A stretch of DNA of 55,177 nt from Octopus bimaculoides (GCF_001194135.2 NC_068982.1:12251374-12306550), one strand, 5' to 3'; counted from the first letter of the stretch, positions 1 to 12,986 are shown. The notes: a model not told the origin generated them from the letters alone. Numbers and translations: made by a program.

Positions 1-129
1 TATATATATATATATATGTAAACACACACATGCACACATATATATATATACACACATAGAAATATACATATATATACTTACAATTACATATACATGATTA
101 ATGTATGTGTATACATATATACATACCTA

Positions 130-378
130 GGTGGCACGTAAAATACACCATTTTGTGTGTGGCCGTTGCCAGTACCGCCTGCCTGGCCTTCGTGCTGGTG
201 GCACGTAAAAGCACCCACTACACTCTCGGAGTGGTTGGCATTAGGAAGGGCATCCAGCTGTAGAAACACTGCCAAATCAGATTGGAGCCTGGTGTAGCCA
301 TCTGGTTTGCCAGTCCTAAGTCAAATTGTCCAATTCATACAAGGATGGAAAGCGGACGTTAAAGGATGATGATGATGA
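130..378 (+). mobile_element. Family D repeat (RTE-type 3' end / RTE-tail SINE)
   Basis: Contains gcacgtaaaagcacccactacactctcggagtggttggcattaggaagggcatccagctgtagaaac ... ccaattcatacaaggatggaaagcggacgttaaaggatgatgatgat with a (GAT)n tail. Homologous copies recur about 10 times in the window; a second partial copy is at ~451-554. Confidence 0.75.
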
Positions 379-739
379 TATACACATATAGATACATATA
401 TGCATTCATACAAATATATATATATGTATGTATGTATGTATGTATACCAAGCCAAAACAGACAATGGAACCAGGTGCAACCCCTGGCCTTGCCAGCTCCA
501 GTCAAACCGTCCAACCCATGCCAACATGGAAAATGGACATTAAATGATGATGATCATTGTCATATACATTGGACTCTGACAACGATGGCATTTGTTAAGA
601 TCATTCAATTTTCTCAGTCAATCAATAGGTTGAGTAAACAGAACCATGAACACACCTGTAATGCATAGCAGAAACAACTGTAAGTCAATGATGTAGAAAT
701 AAAGAAATATGTAAAGCCTAATATTTATGTCTTTTAATG

Positions 740-1150
740 TAGTCATGGCTGTGTGGTAAGAAGCTTGCTTCCCAACCTCATAGTTTTGGGTTCAGTCCCA
801 CTGCATGGCACCTTGGGCAAGTGTCTTCTACTATAGCCTCAAGCCAACCAAAGCCTTGTGAGTGGATTTGGTAGATAGAAAAATGAAAGAAGCTTGTTGT
901 ATATATATGTATGTATATATATATATATGTTTGTTTATTTTTGTGTCTGCGTTTGTCCCCCCTCCATCGCTTAACAACCGGTGTTGGTATTTTTACATCT
1001 CTATAACTTTACAGTTTGGCAGAAGAGATCAATAGAATAAGTACCAGGCTTACAAAGAATAAGTCCTGGGGTTGATTTCTTTGACTAAAACCCTTTAAGT
1101 TGGTGCTCCAACATGACCGCTGTCAAATGACTGAAACAAGTAAAAAATTA
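740..1150 (+). mobile_element. Family A tRNA-derived SINE, near full length
   Basis: A-box-like tggctgtgtgg, B-box-like gggttcagtccc, CORE-like ggcaccttgggcaagtgtcttc, central (TA/TG)n, and 3' end tgactgaaacaagtaaaa shared with many other copies. Confidence 0.8.
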
Positions 1151-1170
1151 AAAAAGAATATATGTGTGTA

Positions 1171-1206
<36 letters not shown>

Positions 1207-1879
1207 CATGTAAAATGACTGTTAGTTCTTAAATGTATGTATTCTTTATTTCCACTTTTTGAAATGCAAAAACAAAAACAAAAAGCTTGAAGAAAAAGGA
1301 ATTCTGAGAACAAATATGCTCTAATTTGTGTTCTTAATTTGAGTAGTTGTTTTTAGTTGCCAAGAGTACAACCATTATGAAGTACTAAACCATATGTGAC
1401 CATTTTCTCATGAAACACATTACATTTTCCAATTAATTTTGAAAAATTTTCAATAGGGAGTTATTAAAATAACTAACTTTTTCCTTATTAAATTGATGTT
1501 TGGAACATGATTTAAGACCATTATTTAGACAACATTGTTTAATTATGAACATTTTATATAATGAGTGGCTTTCTAATTGGATTAACAGCATGTATGTATG
1601 AGAATGGCTCATTAACATTTACCATTATTCGTTAAGGTTATTACAAAGATTTCTGGCATCATTGTTTTGACAGGAGAAGACTTAATTTCAGCCAGTTATT
1701 TCTATAGAATAAATTCTATGCCTTTGTAGTGATATATCTATTGTGAGGGAATATGGTATTGCGTATAATGTAGAGCATTTATTTACTAAATTTTAAAATA
1801 TTCTTCCATTTAGCACAATTCCTTTCTTATTTTATTCTTTATATACAGAAAAATAAGAAGATATATATATTCTATTTCT

Positions 1880-2500
1880 TATCTTTTACATGTTTCAGTC
1901 ATTAGACTGTGGCCATGCTGGGGCACCACCTTGAAGAATTTTTAGTTGAATGTATCAACTATATTACTTATCCTTTCTTATAAGCTTGATATCTATTGTA
2001 TCAGTTTCTTTTCCTGAACTGCTAAGTTATGGTGATGTAAACAGACCAACACTGGGTATCAAATGGTGGTGGAGGACAACCCCACTCCCCACACAAACGA
2101 TGGGCTCCTTTCAGTTTCCATCAACCAAATTCACTCACAAGGTTTTGGTTTGCCTGAGGCTATAGCAGAAGACACTTGACCATGGTGCCATGCAGTGGAA
2201 CTGAACCCAGAAGCATGTGGCTGGGAGGCAAACTTCTTACCACACAGCGATGCCTACGTCTTTTATTCTTTTATTCTCTTATTTTTGTTTCAGTCTTTTG
2301 ACTGCGGCCATGCTGGAGCACTGCCTTTAGTCGAACAAGTTGACCCCAGGACTTACTCTTTGTAAGCCTAATACTTATTCTATCAGTTTCTTATGCTGAA
2401 GCGCTTAGTTATGGGGACGTAAACATACCAGCATCAGTTGTCAAGTGATGGTGGAGTGGGGGACAAACACAGACACACAAACATATACGTGTTTATATAT
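1880..2500 (-). mobile_element. Family A SINE copies (one near full length plus a second 3' half)
   Basis: Reverse-complement matches to family A (tgtttcagtcattagactgtggccatgctgg; tttcagtttccatcaaccaaattcactcacaagg). Confidence 0.75.
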
Positions 2501-2508
2501 ATATATAT

Positions 2509-3464
2509 NNNNNNNNNNNNNNNNNNNNNNNNNNNNNNNNNNNNNNNNNNNNNNNNNNNNNNNNNNNNNNNNNNNNNNNNNNNNNNNNNNNNNNNNNNNN
2601 NNNNNNNNNNNNNNNNNNNNNNNNNNNNNNNNNNNNNNNNNNNNNNNNNNNNNNNNNNNNNNNNNNNNNNNNNNNNNNNNNNNNNNNNNNNNNNNNNNNN
2701 NNNNNNNNNNNNNNNNNNNNNNNNNNNNNNNNNNNNNNNNNNNNNNNNNNNNNNNNNNNNNNNNNNNNNNNNNNNNNNNNNNNNNNNNNNNNNNNNNNNN
2801 NNNNNNNNNNNNNNNNNNNNNNNNNNNNNNNNNNNNNNNNNNNNNNNNNNNNNNNNNNNNNNNNNNNNNNNNNNNNNNNNNNNNNNNNNNNNNNNNNNNN
2901 NNNNNNNNNNNNNNNNNNNNNNNNNNNNNNNNNNNNNNNNNNNNNNNNNNNNNNNNNNNNNNNNNNNNNNNNNNNNNNNNNNNNNNNNNNNNNNNNNNNN
3001 NNNNNNNNNNNNNNNNNNNNNNNNNNNNNNNNNNNNNNNNNNNNNNNNNNNNNNNNNNNNNNNNNNNNNNNNNNNNNNNNNNNNNNNNNNNNNNNNNNNN
3101 NNNNNNNNNNNNNNNNNNNNNNNNNNNNNNNNNNNNNNNNNNNNNNNNNNNNNNNNNNNNNNNNNNNNNNNNNNNNNNNNNNNNNNNNNNNNNNNNNNNN
3201 NNNNNNNNNNNNNNNNNNNNNNNNNNNNNNNNNNNNNNNNNNNNNNNNNNNNNNNNNNNNNNNNNNNNNNNNNNNNNNNNNNNNNNNNNNNNNNNNNNNN
3301 NNNNNNNNNNNNNNNNNNNNNNNNNNNNNNNNNNNNNNNNNNNNNNNNNNNNNNNNNNNNNNNNNNNNNNNNNNNNNNNNNNNNNNNNNNNNNNNNNNNN
3401 NNNNNNNNNNNNNNNNNNNNNNNNNNNNNNNNNNNNNNNNNNNNNNNNNNNNNNNNNNNNNNNG
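2509..3464. other. Assembly gap (956 N)
   Basis: Run of N. Other gaps are at 8974-9033, 9619-9628, 17140-17149, 17860-17997, 21012-21095, 32444-32567, 37885-37982, 45382-45646 and 49020-49029. Confidence 1.
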
Positions 3465-3702
3465 GGGGGGGGGGGTCCATGTGAGAGTTTGTTGTTCAAA
3501 TCTAAGTGCAATGATTTGGTTATTTTTCTACAATACACAAAATATTTTAACGGTTTTTTAAATACAATTCTTAATATTTTATTATATATATAAAAAAAAA
3601 CACACAATAGGATTCTTTAAGCATTGAATGGCCAGGAAGGTTCAGCAGACTAAAATAGAAATCAAAAGGATCCATAGATAAAAAAATGGTTGAGAACCCC
3701 TG
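3465..3702 (-). mobile_element. hAT-like non-autonomous DNA transposon fragment
   Basis: Ends in ggttgagaacccctg (reverse complement CAGGGGTTCTCAACC, a Charlie/hAT-type terminus). Its body is homologous to the opposite-orientation copy at 24712-24970. Confidence 0.6.
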
Positions 3703-4654
3703 GTCTTTTCAACCAGGGTTGACCTGGAATTAAACAACAACAATTATAACAACATGAAATTGAAATGTAATTGTAATTGCCAGATGGTTTTTATTAAAAT
3801 GTCAGACACACACCCTGTTAAGAGAATATATATATAAGTAAACTAAATATAAATAAAATACCATCTACAAACTTATAAAATATGTCCAGTAATTTCTCAA
3901 TTCATTTTCTTTTTCTTTTTTTTGTTTACTTGTGTAACGTCTCAATTACTGAACTATTCACAAATTCACACACATAACTATAACGATAATCTAAATATTT
4001 GGTTAAACTGAATTAAGTATAGTAAAAATAAATGAATAAATATAAATAAATACAGAAAAAAAAATGTTCTTATAAACTTAAGTACACAGTGATAAGAAAT
4101 TAGATCATTGACTCCCCCTGTATTATGCATAATATATTTAAAGAGAAAGTATATGAAACATCTGTATATAATGTTTAGATAAATTCTACACATCCGTAGA
4201 TAATGCTTTGCAAATTTATATAAAGAAAAATTTTAACTTAAAATTATTGAATAAAAAGAAATTGCTGAAATAAATGCCAATTGCAGATTATTTAAGATAT
4301 TTATGTGAAGAAGAAAACTAAAGAATATTGAATAATAGAATTAACAATGAAAATAATTAGAGATGATTAAAAAGATAGCAAACTTGAGTTTGGTTTCTTT
4401 CTAGCTGTCCCTGTTCGTTTTCACACTTAAAAGAGTAATTGTAAAATCAATGTAACACACACACACACACACACACACGCACGCACACACGCACGAACAC
4501 GCACGAACACACATGTGCATATATAAACATACATATATAGTGAAGCTTAAGTCGACTAGGACAACATTCCTGTATTATGCAAGGTAAAGCTTTCTTCATT
4601 GAAGAAAGAAGCTGATAAGTAAAACTTGGATTCCCAGTTAACTTGGACTTACAC

Positions 4655-5074
4655 TTTTACTCTCTTACTTGTTTCAGTCATTTGACTGTGGCCATGCTGC
4701 AGCACCGCCTTTAGTCGAGCAAATCGACCCTAGGACTTATTCTTTGTTAGCCTAGTACTTATTCTATCGGTCTCTTTTGCCGAACCGATAAATGAGGGGG
4801 ACATAAACACACCAGCATCAGTTGTCAAGCAATGCTAGGGGGACAAACACAGAGAAACACACACACATATATATACATATATATGATGAGCTTCTTTCAG
4901 TTTCCATCTACCAAATCCACTCACAAGGCTTTGGTCGACCCATATTAGAGTAGAAGACACTTGTCCAAGGTGCCACGCAGTGGGACTGAACCTGGAACCA
5001 TGTGGTTGGTAAGCAAGCTACTTACCACACAACCACTCCTGCGCCTATACCACACAGCCACTCCTGCACCTATG
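4655..5074 (-). mobile_element. Family A SINE, full length, with duplicated 5' head
   Basis: Complete reverse-complement copy; the head ccacac(a)(a/g)ccactcctgc(g/a)cctat occurs twice in tandem at ~5025-5074. Confidence 0.85.
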
Positions 5075-5999
5075 ATAAATGATAAATTTATTTCTGCTCT
5101 CAGTAATGAGTTACTTCAGCAGTAAATGTTCCATTGTTATTCTTAAATTAGCTTTAGAATATAAACATTTAAAAATTTTCATAATTTAATTATATAAAAA
5201 GCACCATTCAACTGAATCCATCCAGCGGTTCTTGAGATATCTTGTCCATGGACAAACAAACAAACACAACTGAAACAATACCTCTTCCTAAGGTAGAGGT
5301 AATTAAAAATATGTATTCTTTTATTCTTTTACTTGTTTCAGTCATTTGACTGTGGCCATGCTGGAAGTCACAGAATGTAAACAACATGAAATACAAAAAC
5401 ATGGAATACAAACTTTTTATGAACAATGAAACAAACAAATGGAAAACATAACATCAGTTGTTGGCTATTTTTCTACTCCGTATTCCGAGCAATTCACTCC
5501 TGCAAAGCAAATCAAATAAGATTTGGGATTTTTCAGAGGATCAAGGCTGGTAACAAAAACAGGACAGTGAAAACAAACAAGAAGGGCTGCTAAGCCTAAA
5601 CGAGGTGAAGTGGCGAACACTGGCGGAAGAAGGTCTGACAGGAGACAGACAAGAATGAGTCTGATCCTTGTGGCTGATCGGAAGGAAAGAAAGAAATTCA
5701 AGTTAGGAAAAGAAAGATGGCTGGTGGTCACATGCAAGTAACAAGAGAGCAAAGGAGGAAGAGTGAGGGAGAAAAGGACAGATAGAGAATGGCAAAGAGG
5801 AGAGGAAAGGAATTAGAGAAAGGATGAGAGAGAGGAAAAAAAAAAACAAAAGGGGAAGAAGGGGAGATAAAAAAGATTAGAGAAAGGAAGAGAGAGGAAA
5901 CGAAAGGGGAAAGGGAAAGAGGAATAGAGATAGTGATAGAATAGAGTCGCATCGAAATTATCAAGATAAAACTTACTTGGAAATGGATGCGTGGCATTA

Positions 6000-6312
<313 letters not shown>

Positions 6313-6733
6313 TTTAAAATCTTAAAAAAATATTTTAATGTTTTTCTAATGGTTGCATAGCTTGATAAGGATGATGCCTGAGAGAAATCTTAGAACAAAT
6401 GAAATGCTATTATGACAAAAGTAAGAATAGTTTATACCATTTTTATTTATTTATATTTTTGGCATTTTAAAATAGCTCCAGAATTATCTTAATTCTAAAC
6501 TTCCAATAAATCTCGATATTTTGATGCATTATTTGTTAGTAAGCAATTTAAGCAATGGAGTGGCTTTGTGGTGTGGGTGGGGCCGGGTATTTGTCTTGCA
6601 ATTTTACAAAATAATGTGCTTTTCAGGAAGTTCTTTTGGCATCTGAGCTAGACTTCTTTAACTTGCTTGTAATTCATCAGCTGATGCATGTAGAAAACAA
6701 AAAACATAGAAATTAAAATAAAAATGAGATATA

Positions 6734-7350
6734 GGCGCAGGAGTGGCTGTGTTGTAAGTAGCTTGCTTATCAACCACATGGTTCTGGGTTCAGTCCCACT
6801 GCATGGCACCTTGGGCAAGTGTCTTCAGCTATAGCCTTGGGCCGACCAAAGCCTTGTGAGTGGATTTGGTAGAGGGAAACTGAAAGAAGCCCATCGTATA
6901 TATGTATATGTGTGTGTTTGTCCCTGTGTTTGTCCCCCCAACATTGCTTGACGACCGATGTTGGTGTGTTTACGTCCCCATAACTTAGCGGTTTGGCAAA
7001 AGAGACCAATAGAATAAGTACTAGGCTTCCAAAGAATAAGTCCTGGGATCTATTTGCTCGACTAAAGGTGGTGCTCCAGCATGGCCACAGTCAAAAGACT
7101 GAAACAAGTAAAAGAGTAAAGGAGAAACCTGTTATATATATGTGTGTGTTTGTGGGTCTGTGTTTGTCCCTACATCATCGCTTGACCAGAGATGCTGGTG
7201 TGTTTACATCCCTGTAACTTAGCGGTTTGGCAAAATAGACTAATAGAATAAGCACTAGGCTTACAAAAGTCCCTGGGGTTGATTTGTTTGACTGAAAGCA
7301 GTGCTTCAACATGGTCGAAATCAAATGACTGAAATAAGTAAAAGAATAAA
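6734..7350 (+). mobile_element. Family A SINE, full length (6734-7121), followed by a second 3' half (7140-7350)
   Basis: ggcgcaggagtggctgtgttgtaag ... gggttcagtccc ... gactgaaacaagtaaaagagtaaaggag. Confidence 0.85.
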
Positions 7351-7409
7351 AGAATGAAAAAAATAAAATTGTAGCTATACAAGTTCTCTTTGAATGAAAA
7401 TTCAGAATA

Positions 7410-7599
7410 ATCTTTCTTCTATTGACACAAGGTCAGAAATTTGTGAGGAGGGGTGTCAGTGCTCAACTGGTACCTGTTTCATTGACCCTGAAGGGGTGAA
7501 AGGCAACGTTGACCCTAGTGGAATGTGAACATAGAATGGAAAACCAAGTGCTACTAAGCATTTTGTCCAGTGTGCTCATGGTTCTGCCAGCTCACCGCC

Positions 7600-7655
<56 letters not shown>

Positions 7656-8270
7656 AATAATAACAATAATAATAATAATAATAATAATAAGAGAGTATTG
7701 TAGCTCGCTTGAAGCATTGTGTATTGTTTGTAAAGAATAAAAAGTTTAGAAAGGTATAACAATGCACTATAGAACAAAAAATGGACTATATACCTGTTGT
7801 AACTTCGTTATCTATAGTCCAATGATATTTCGGAATTAGAATTCCTTCTTCAGATCTTATTTGGGGAAGGAATTAAGTCAATTACATCGACCCCAGTGCA
7901 TAGTTGGTGCTTATTTAATTGACCCCGAAAGGATGAAAGGCAAAGTTGACCCCAGCAGAATTTGAACCCAGAATGTAGCGATGGGCAAAATGCCGCTAAG
8001 CATTTCGTCCAGCGCACTAACAATTCTGCCAGCTCACCGCCGCCAATAATAATAATAATAATAATAATTTCTATTAAAAACACAAGGCTTGAAATCTTGG
8101 TAGGAGGGGACTAGTTGATTACATCGACTCCAGTGTTTCACTGCTACTTAACTTATCGACCTTGAAAGAATGAAAGGCAAAGTCAACCTCAGTGGGATTT
8201 GAACTCAGAATGTGAAGACAGACAAAATACGGCTAAGCATTTTGTCCAGTCTCTTAACAATTCAGCCAGA
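7410..8270 (-). mobile_element. Three family B tRNA-derived SINE copies (7410-7600, 7850-8043, 8075-8270) separated by (AAT)n
   Basis: Reverse complement of ggcggtgagctggcagaa ... gggttcaaattc ... ctttgcctttcatcctttcggggtc; (AAT)n at 7601-7691 and 8046-8068. Confidence 0.8.
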
Positions 8271-8744
8271 AAAATTCATACCTTCAATGATAATAACTAT
8301 AATAAAATCATCAATTTGTTGGGAATGTTCAGTCACTAGGATAATATTTGTATTATAAAATCACATGTACAACAAATATGGGATTTCCCTTAAGGAAAAA
8401 TGCTGGTTTGCTTCTAATAATTGCTCTCCACAATGTAAAATCAAATATTCTAGTAGGTCAATTTCTATTGAAACTGCTTAAGTTTGTAACATCTTCTGTA
8501 GCTTTGAGGGAAGAGTGTCTATGCCTGAAAAGACCTAATAGGTCAAAACATTCAGCTATTTGACAGTTTCTTGGCTAAGTGTTGTTTGTAACTTTGCTTT
8601 CATGTGCACACATTGTGTGTGTGTTTGCATGAGAATTTGTACATTAATGTTTGTGGCTACATGCATATTATTACATGTAGATTTACACAAAATATATACA
8701 CATACATTAATTAACATTTGAGAAGATTTATATATATTTTTGTT

Positions 8745-8935
8745 TCAAATGAGCCTTTGCACATGATTGGGGAAGATCTCCAGAGGCTCATTGTCACCTT
8801 GGAGAATGTGGAGGGGCTGGCATGAGATCACCAGTGACGAGGAGCACTGGTAGATCTTGTCGGCTCTACATGTGATGACATCTCTGGGGCCACTAGACTG
8901 GGATGACCTCAACCTCTTCAAACAACAGCATGAAG
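8745..8935 (+). mobile_element. RTE-like LINE 3' end fragment (decayed)
   Basis: Frame reads HMIGEDLQRLIVTLENVEGLA*DHQ*RGALVDLVGS, similar to the C-terminal 'DL..L....E..A.DR..WR.LV' segment of RTE ORFs. Confidence 0.5.
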
Positions 8936-9132
8936 CAGCATATATGTATATATATATATGCTGCTTCATGCTGNNNNNNNNNNNNNNNNNNNNNNNNNNN
9001 NNNNNNNNNNNNNNNNNNNNNNNNNNNNNNNNNATATATATATATATATATATATACATATATATATAACTAACAGAATGAGATAAAAGAATCCAAGGCT
9101 ACGAAAGATTTCAGAACATTTATAAAGAGAGA

Positions 9133-9180
9133 GTCTTACAGCTGATTCTGGGATATTTTATATATCCCTTTATCAAAGAC
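9133..9180 (-). ncRNA. Degenerate minimal type I hammerhead ribozyme (core mutated)
   Basis: Minus strand: GUCU-UUGAUAA-AGGGAUAU/AUAAA/AUAUCCCA-GAAUC-AGCU-GUA-AGAC. Helix I (GUCU/AGAC), helix II and the palindromic helix III region are preserved; three core positions differ from CUGAUGA/GAAAC. Confidence 0.6.
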
Positions 9181-9300
9181 AGTGCCAGAAAATGGTTAAG
9201 CAATATCCTTATGTATCTCACGTCTATTTTCATTCCTCCACTTCACTCTGTATTTCATATCTTTTCTATAAGAACTATTACTTAAACATTTTCTCCCACC

Positions 9301-9337
9301 GTCTCTGATGAAGGGATATATAAAATATCCTTGAAAC
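9301..9337 (+). ncRNA. Hammerhead ribozyme core with helix II (helix III and cleavage site deleted)
   Basis: GUCU-CUGAUGA-AGGGAUAU/AUAAA/AUAUCCUU-GAAAC with an 8-bp helix II. About 12 nt (AGCUGUAAGACU), present in the other arm, are missing. Confidence 0.7.
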
Positions 9338-9569
9338 CATCTCTTTATAAATGTGCTGAAATCTTTCACAGCCTTGGATTTTTTAAATCTTATTCTGTTA
9401 ATTTTGTATATATATGCATGCTACTATATGACCTACGTTGGACTCCTCATTTACATAATCACCAAACCTGGAGCTTAACTATATTCTGTCCATAGCACTT
9501 ACTCAGCATTACCTGACACCTTTGGGTCTTCTTGACACCATTACCTCTCATAACCTATATATATATATA

Positions 9570-9780
9570 GGCGCAGGAGTGGCTGTGTAGTAAGTAGCTT
9601 GCTTACCAACCACATGGTNNNNNNNNNNCCCGTAACTTAACAGTTTGGCAAAAAGAGACCGATAGAATAAGTACTAGGCTTACAAAGAATAAGTCCTGGG
9701 GTCGATTTACTCGACTAAAGGTGGTGCTCCAGCATGGCCGCAGTCAAATGACTGAAACAAGTAAAAAGAGTAAAAAAGAG
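9570..9780 (+). mobile_element. Family A SINE interrupted by a 10-N gap
   Basis: ggcgcaggagtggctgtg head plus the standard 3' half. Confidence 0.8.
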
Positions 9781-11090
9781 AGTATGCAGAGAGGGAGAGA
9801 AAGAGAGAGAGAGAAAATTAAATGGTTAGGTGTTTAAGAAGTTTGCTTTGTAATCACAAGGTTCAGCTCTACTGTGTGACATCTTGAGCAAGCATCTTTT
9901 ACCCTACTCCAGTTCACACCAAGCCTTGTGAGTGAAATTGGTTGATAGATGTTGTGATAACGTAAAGATGCTTAGAGGATATATTCTGCTTGTAATTGAA
10001 AGGGCTAGCCTTGTCACACTCTGCCAAGTTAATTCTTTGCAGTCAGAATTAAAGGTTTCCACGTCTATGGAATATTCATCTACTTATACTCTAATTGAAT
10101 GAGGAGGTAGTTCACTAGGTCAAACAGCCAGAAACTAACAGAGGGTTAATTATTATATTTATTTACTTTCTTTTATGTGTCTACATTTTAAAAATGATCA
10201 ATAAATGTGAATGTAATCCCACATGGAAATTACACATGATGAACAGTAGATTTTATTGGTCAGAATCTAAGACTAAAAAAATAAAAGGTAAAATTAAAAT
10301 CAAATAAAAATTGTCAGTGAACTGTACAGTTTTTGTTTTGTTGTTCTTTGTTTTGGGAACATTCAAAAATAAAATAAATAAAAAAAATATTAGAAAGCGA
10401 AAGTAAAAATCTTCATAAAAGTTCATGCAGTTTAGGCTAGATTAATGTTTAAAATGTTTGCCTCAGTTGTTAACATTTAAATTTCAACAATATTTAATAT
10501 CATATTTATCTCTCGGCTAAGTTAAAAAATCAGTATCGTCTGTACAAGTTTCTTTTCATGCCTCAAATACTAGAACTGTATGTTTTAATATCATATTTAA
10601 CTGTTGGCTAGATTAAAAAAAAAAAATCTGTTATCATGGGTATAAAGTTCTTTATAAGCTACAAATATTAGAATGGTATATTTGCTAACTACATCATTTC
10701 ACCAGCTGGCACAAATCCATTTCAATGCTTACTGGATATAAGAAGATTAAAAATCAGTAGTGCTAATTTCCTGCTTTGTTTAACCTTCACTCTTTAAAAA
10801 AAAAAGGGGGAAAGCATATAATTTAGGATATTATATTTTAACATCTAAGTAGATGTAAAATAATATGTGCTGCTGCCAATGGTAAAGAGAAATTTTGTTA
10901 ATGTCAACTAAAACTATTTAGTTGTGTCTTGGAAGCGATATTGAACCAGTATGTGTGTTTATTATTCTTATTGGTGTAATGACCTTTCCAAGACACACCA
11001 AGATTTGTTTGAACACATGAATTCACATCAGGAATCTTGCAAAGCAAATACAAAAAGGAATTATTTTGTTCTTTGTGGAATAAGGTGTTG

Positions 11091-11304
11091 TAACGCTTTA
11101 GCTTTCAAATTACTCTGTTAAATGTAATATTCATTTATTCACATTGTCTTGAATTAGTCTCATAGGTCAAGTATTATGATGATATGATTGCTTATTTAAA
11201 GAATAACAGTGTAGGATAAGTGTGAGAGGCAGGATCTGGCTACTTTGAATGCAAAATGTGGTTATTTGGGCCAAATATGGCCAATTTAAATGCTAATGGG
11301 TTAA
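11091..11304. mobile_element. Possible MITE with TTAA-CCC...GGG-TTAA-type (piggyBac-like) ends
   Basis: Left taacgctttagctttcaaat resembles the reverse complement of right atttaaatgctaatgggttaa. Confidence 0.35.
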
Positions 11305-12163
11305 TTAACTTTAGAGACATACTGCTTAGAATGGTTGTTATGTTGTTGTGTCTCTTGGGGCATCTTATAAAGATTCATATGATTGTTGAGCAGGGCTGCC
11401 TATACTGTTCTATAGGCCTCCAAACAAAGTTAAGCAAAAGGGCTGCCTATAAACACAACTGCAGCATACAAGCATTGGCATTGGGTTTCAAGAACCCCTG
11501 GGCAACTATCCTGTATAACCTTGCCTTTAGGTGGCACTGTTGTCAAGAAGATGATGTTTTTTGATTTTCTGTATGTTAGTGGATTTCTGTATATTCAATG
11601 CATGAGGTATTAAAATAACAGAAGATCTTAGCTGAGTGGGAAGAGAAAACCTTTACATATAAGTAAAATTTCACCCATATATAAATTTGCACCCACCTGC
11701 TGACAAAGTTTCTAAAATAACATAGGAACAAAAAAAAAAAGTTCTAGAATTAAGAACAAAACAGTAAATTAATATAAATTAATATAAGTTGCATATTTAT
11801 AAAATTGTAAAATTAAAGATTTGCTATTTTTGTCATCACAGATGTGTCTCTGCTACTTCATAAGTTCTTATGCTCTTTTATTATCCCCCTGGTGTAAGAG
11901 GCATAGTTTGTTTAGATAAACTGATGATGGCTGCAAGATCCAAAAAAGACATCCTGCAGAGGGCAATTGAATAGATGAATGTTTATAACAAATGCCTGCT
12001 TGTATAAGAGATTTTTAAGATACCTAAACTGTTTTTGAATTAATATGTCATTAAATTAGTATCTTTCTGGCTCTTTTAATGTCAATAAATATCCTTTCTG
12101 TTTTCTTCTTTAGCAGCTAAATATAATGATTCTTAAGCTGTTTATTACGAATTTAGAGTGAAA

Positions 12164-12378
12164 TACGAGGGGGTACTAAAAAGTTCCTGGCTTTAAGTGT
12201 ATTGCAAAAGACCTGGTTAGAGGCCCAACCTACTGAGTTATTTGACAGGGCTTAGGAAAAGTGAAGGGCCACTGCAATAAGTGTGTGAATCTGAGAGGAG
12301 AATATGTTGAATAAAATCATAATTTTCCTGTATTTTTTTCCTCCCCAAAGCCAGGAACATTTCAGCACTCCCTACATA
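12164..12378 (+). mobile_element. Mariner-derived MITE / internal-deletion derivative
   Basis: ~31-bp TIRs (tacgagggggtactaaaaagttcctggcttt / aaagccaggaacatttcagcactccctacata) with TA ends. The interior retains a transposase C-terminus (GHCNKCVNLRGEYVE*). A related partial copy is at 34824-34997. Confidence 0.8.
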
Positions 12379-12705
12379 GGACAGGCATCACATACTGGCT
12401 CATAATTAAATACAGATCCTAATTACAAGGTTACAAGAGATAATTGGAAATACTGAACTGAGACTGAATACTGGGACAGTTTCCTCATGCCTTCTTCAGA
12501 TTCTTAGGAGGGCTTCAAGTTAAACACTATAATAATAAAACACTTGCTAATTATACTGTTAATTATATATTAGTGCAATTATTTACATTGGTAGATTCCT
12601 CTTTAAATAGCTGGACTATTGCGGAGCCTGGAAGACAAAACTGGCTAGAAATAAAAACCTTAGTCATAAACACAGCTGTTGTGTCAGTGAAGGAGCTTCT
12701 TTATA

Positions 12706-12903
12706 GTCACTTGACATGCTATAAATAGCAGCCAAATCTTCCTCAGATCACAACCCTACCACCTTGTTACAAGAAGACATTGACAAATGTGGTCCTGGAT
12801 ACAAGATTCCTGGAAACAAGACAGGAGTGTCATGGTTAGAATGCCTTTCATCATAGGTCTACTTAATCAGGATTGACCTCGGATTAGACGACAGCAACAA
12901 CAG
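12706..12903 (+). mobile_element. Additional short interspersed repeat with (CAA)n-like tail
   Basis: The 3' part (ggttagaatgcctttcatcatag...gacctcgg...acagcaacaac) resembles 26095-26180 and 39080-39150. Confidence 0.4.
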
Positions 12904-12919
12904 GAAAAACCTTGCACAG

Positions 12920-12922
<3 letters not shown>

Positions 12923-12986
<64 letters not shown>
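12923..12986. repeat. (AG)n microsatellite
   Basis: Directly visible. Confidence 0.95.

Larger units (their letters stand above)
9071..9400. mobile_element. Fold-back element with two inverted arms, each holding a hammerhead-like motif (Penelope-like / retrozyme-like)
   Basis: 9071-~9185 is the imperfect reverse complement of ~9296-9400 (taacagaatgagataaaagaatccaaggct... vs ...agccttggattttttaaatcttattctgtta). Flanked by (TA)n. Confidence 0.8.

Noticed and set aside
2434-3607. Four 348-388 aa ORFs
   Set aside because: They are open only because they run through the 956-N gap. The same applies to the ORFs at 17632-18101, 32331-32854 and 45236-45769.
8926-8973. Perfect 19-bp inverted repeat around (TA)n
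   Set aside because: It ends exactly at an N-gap and has no mismatches; most likely a fold-back read or assembly artefact.
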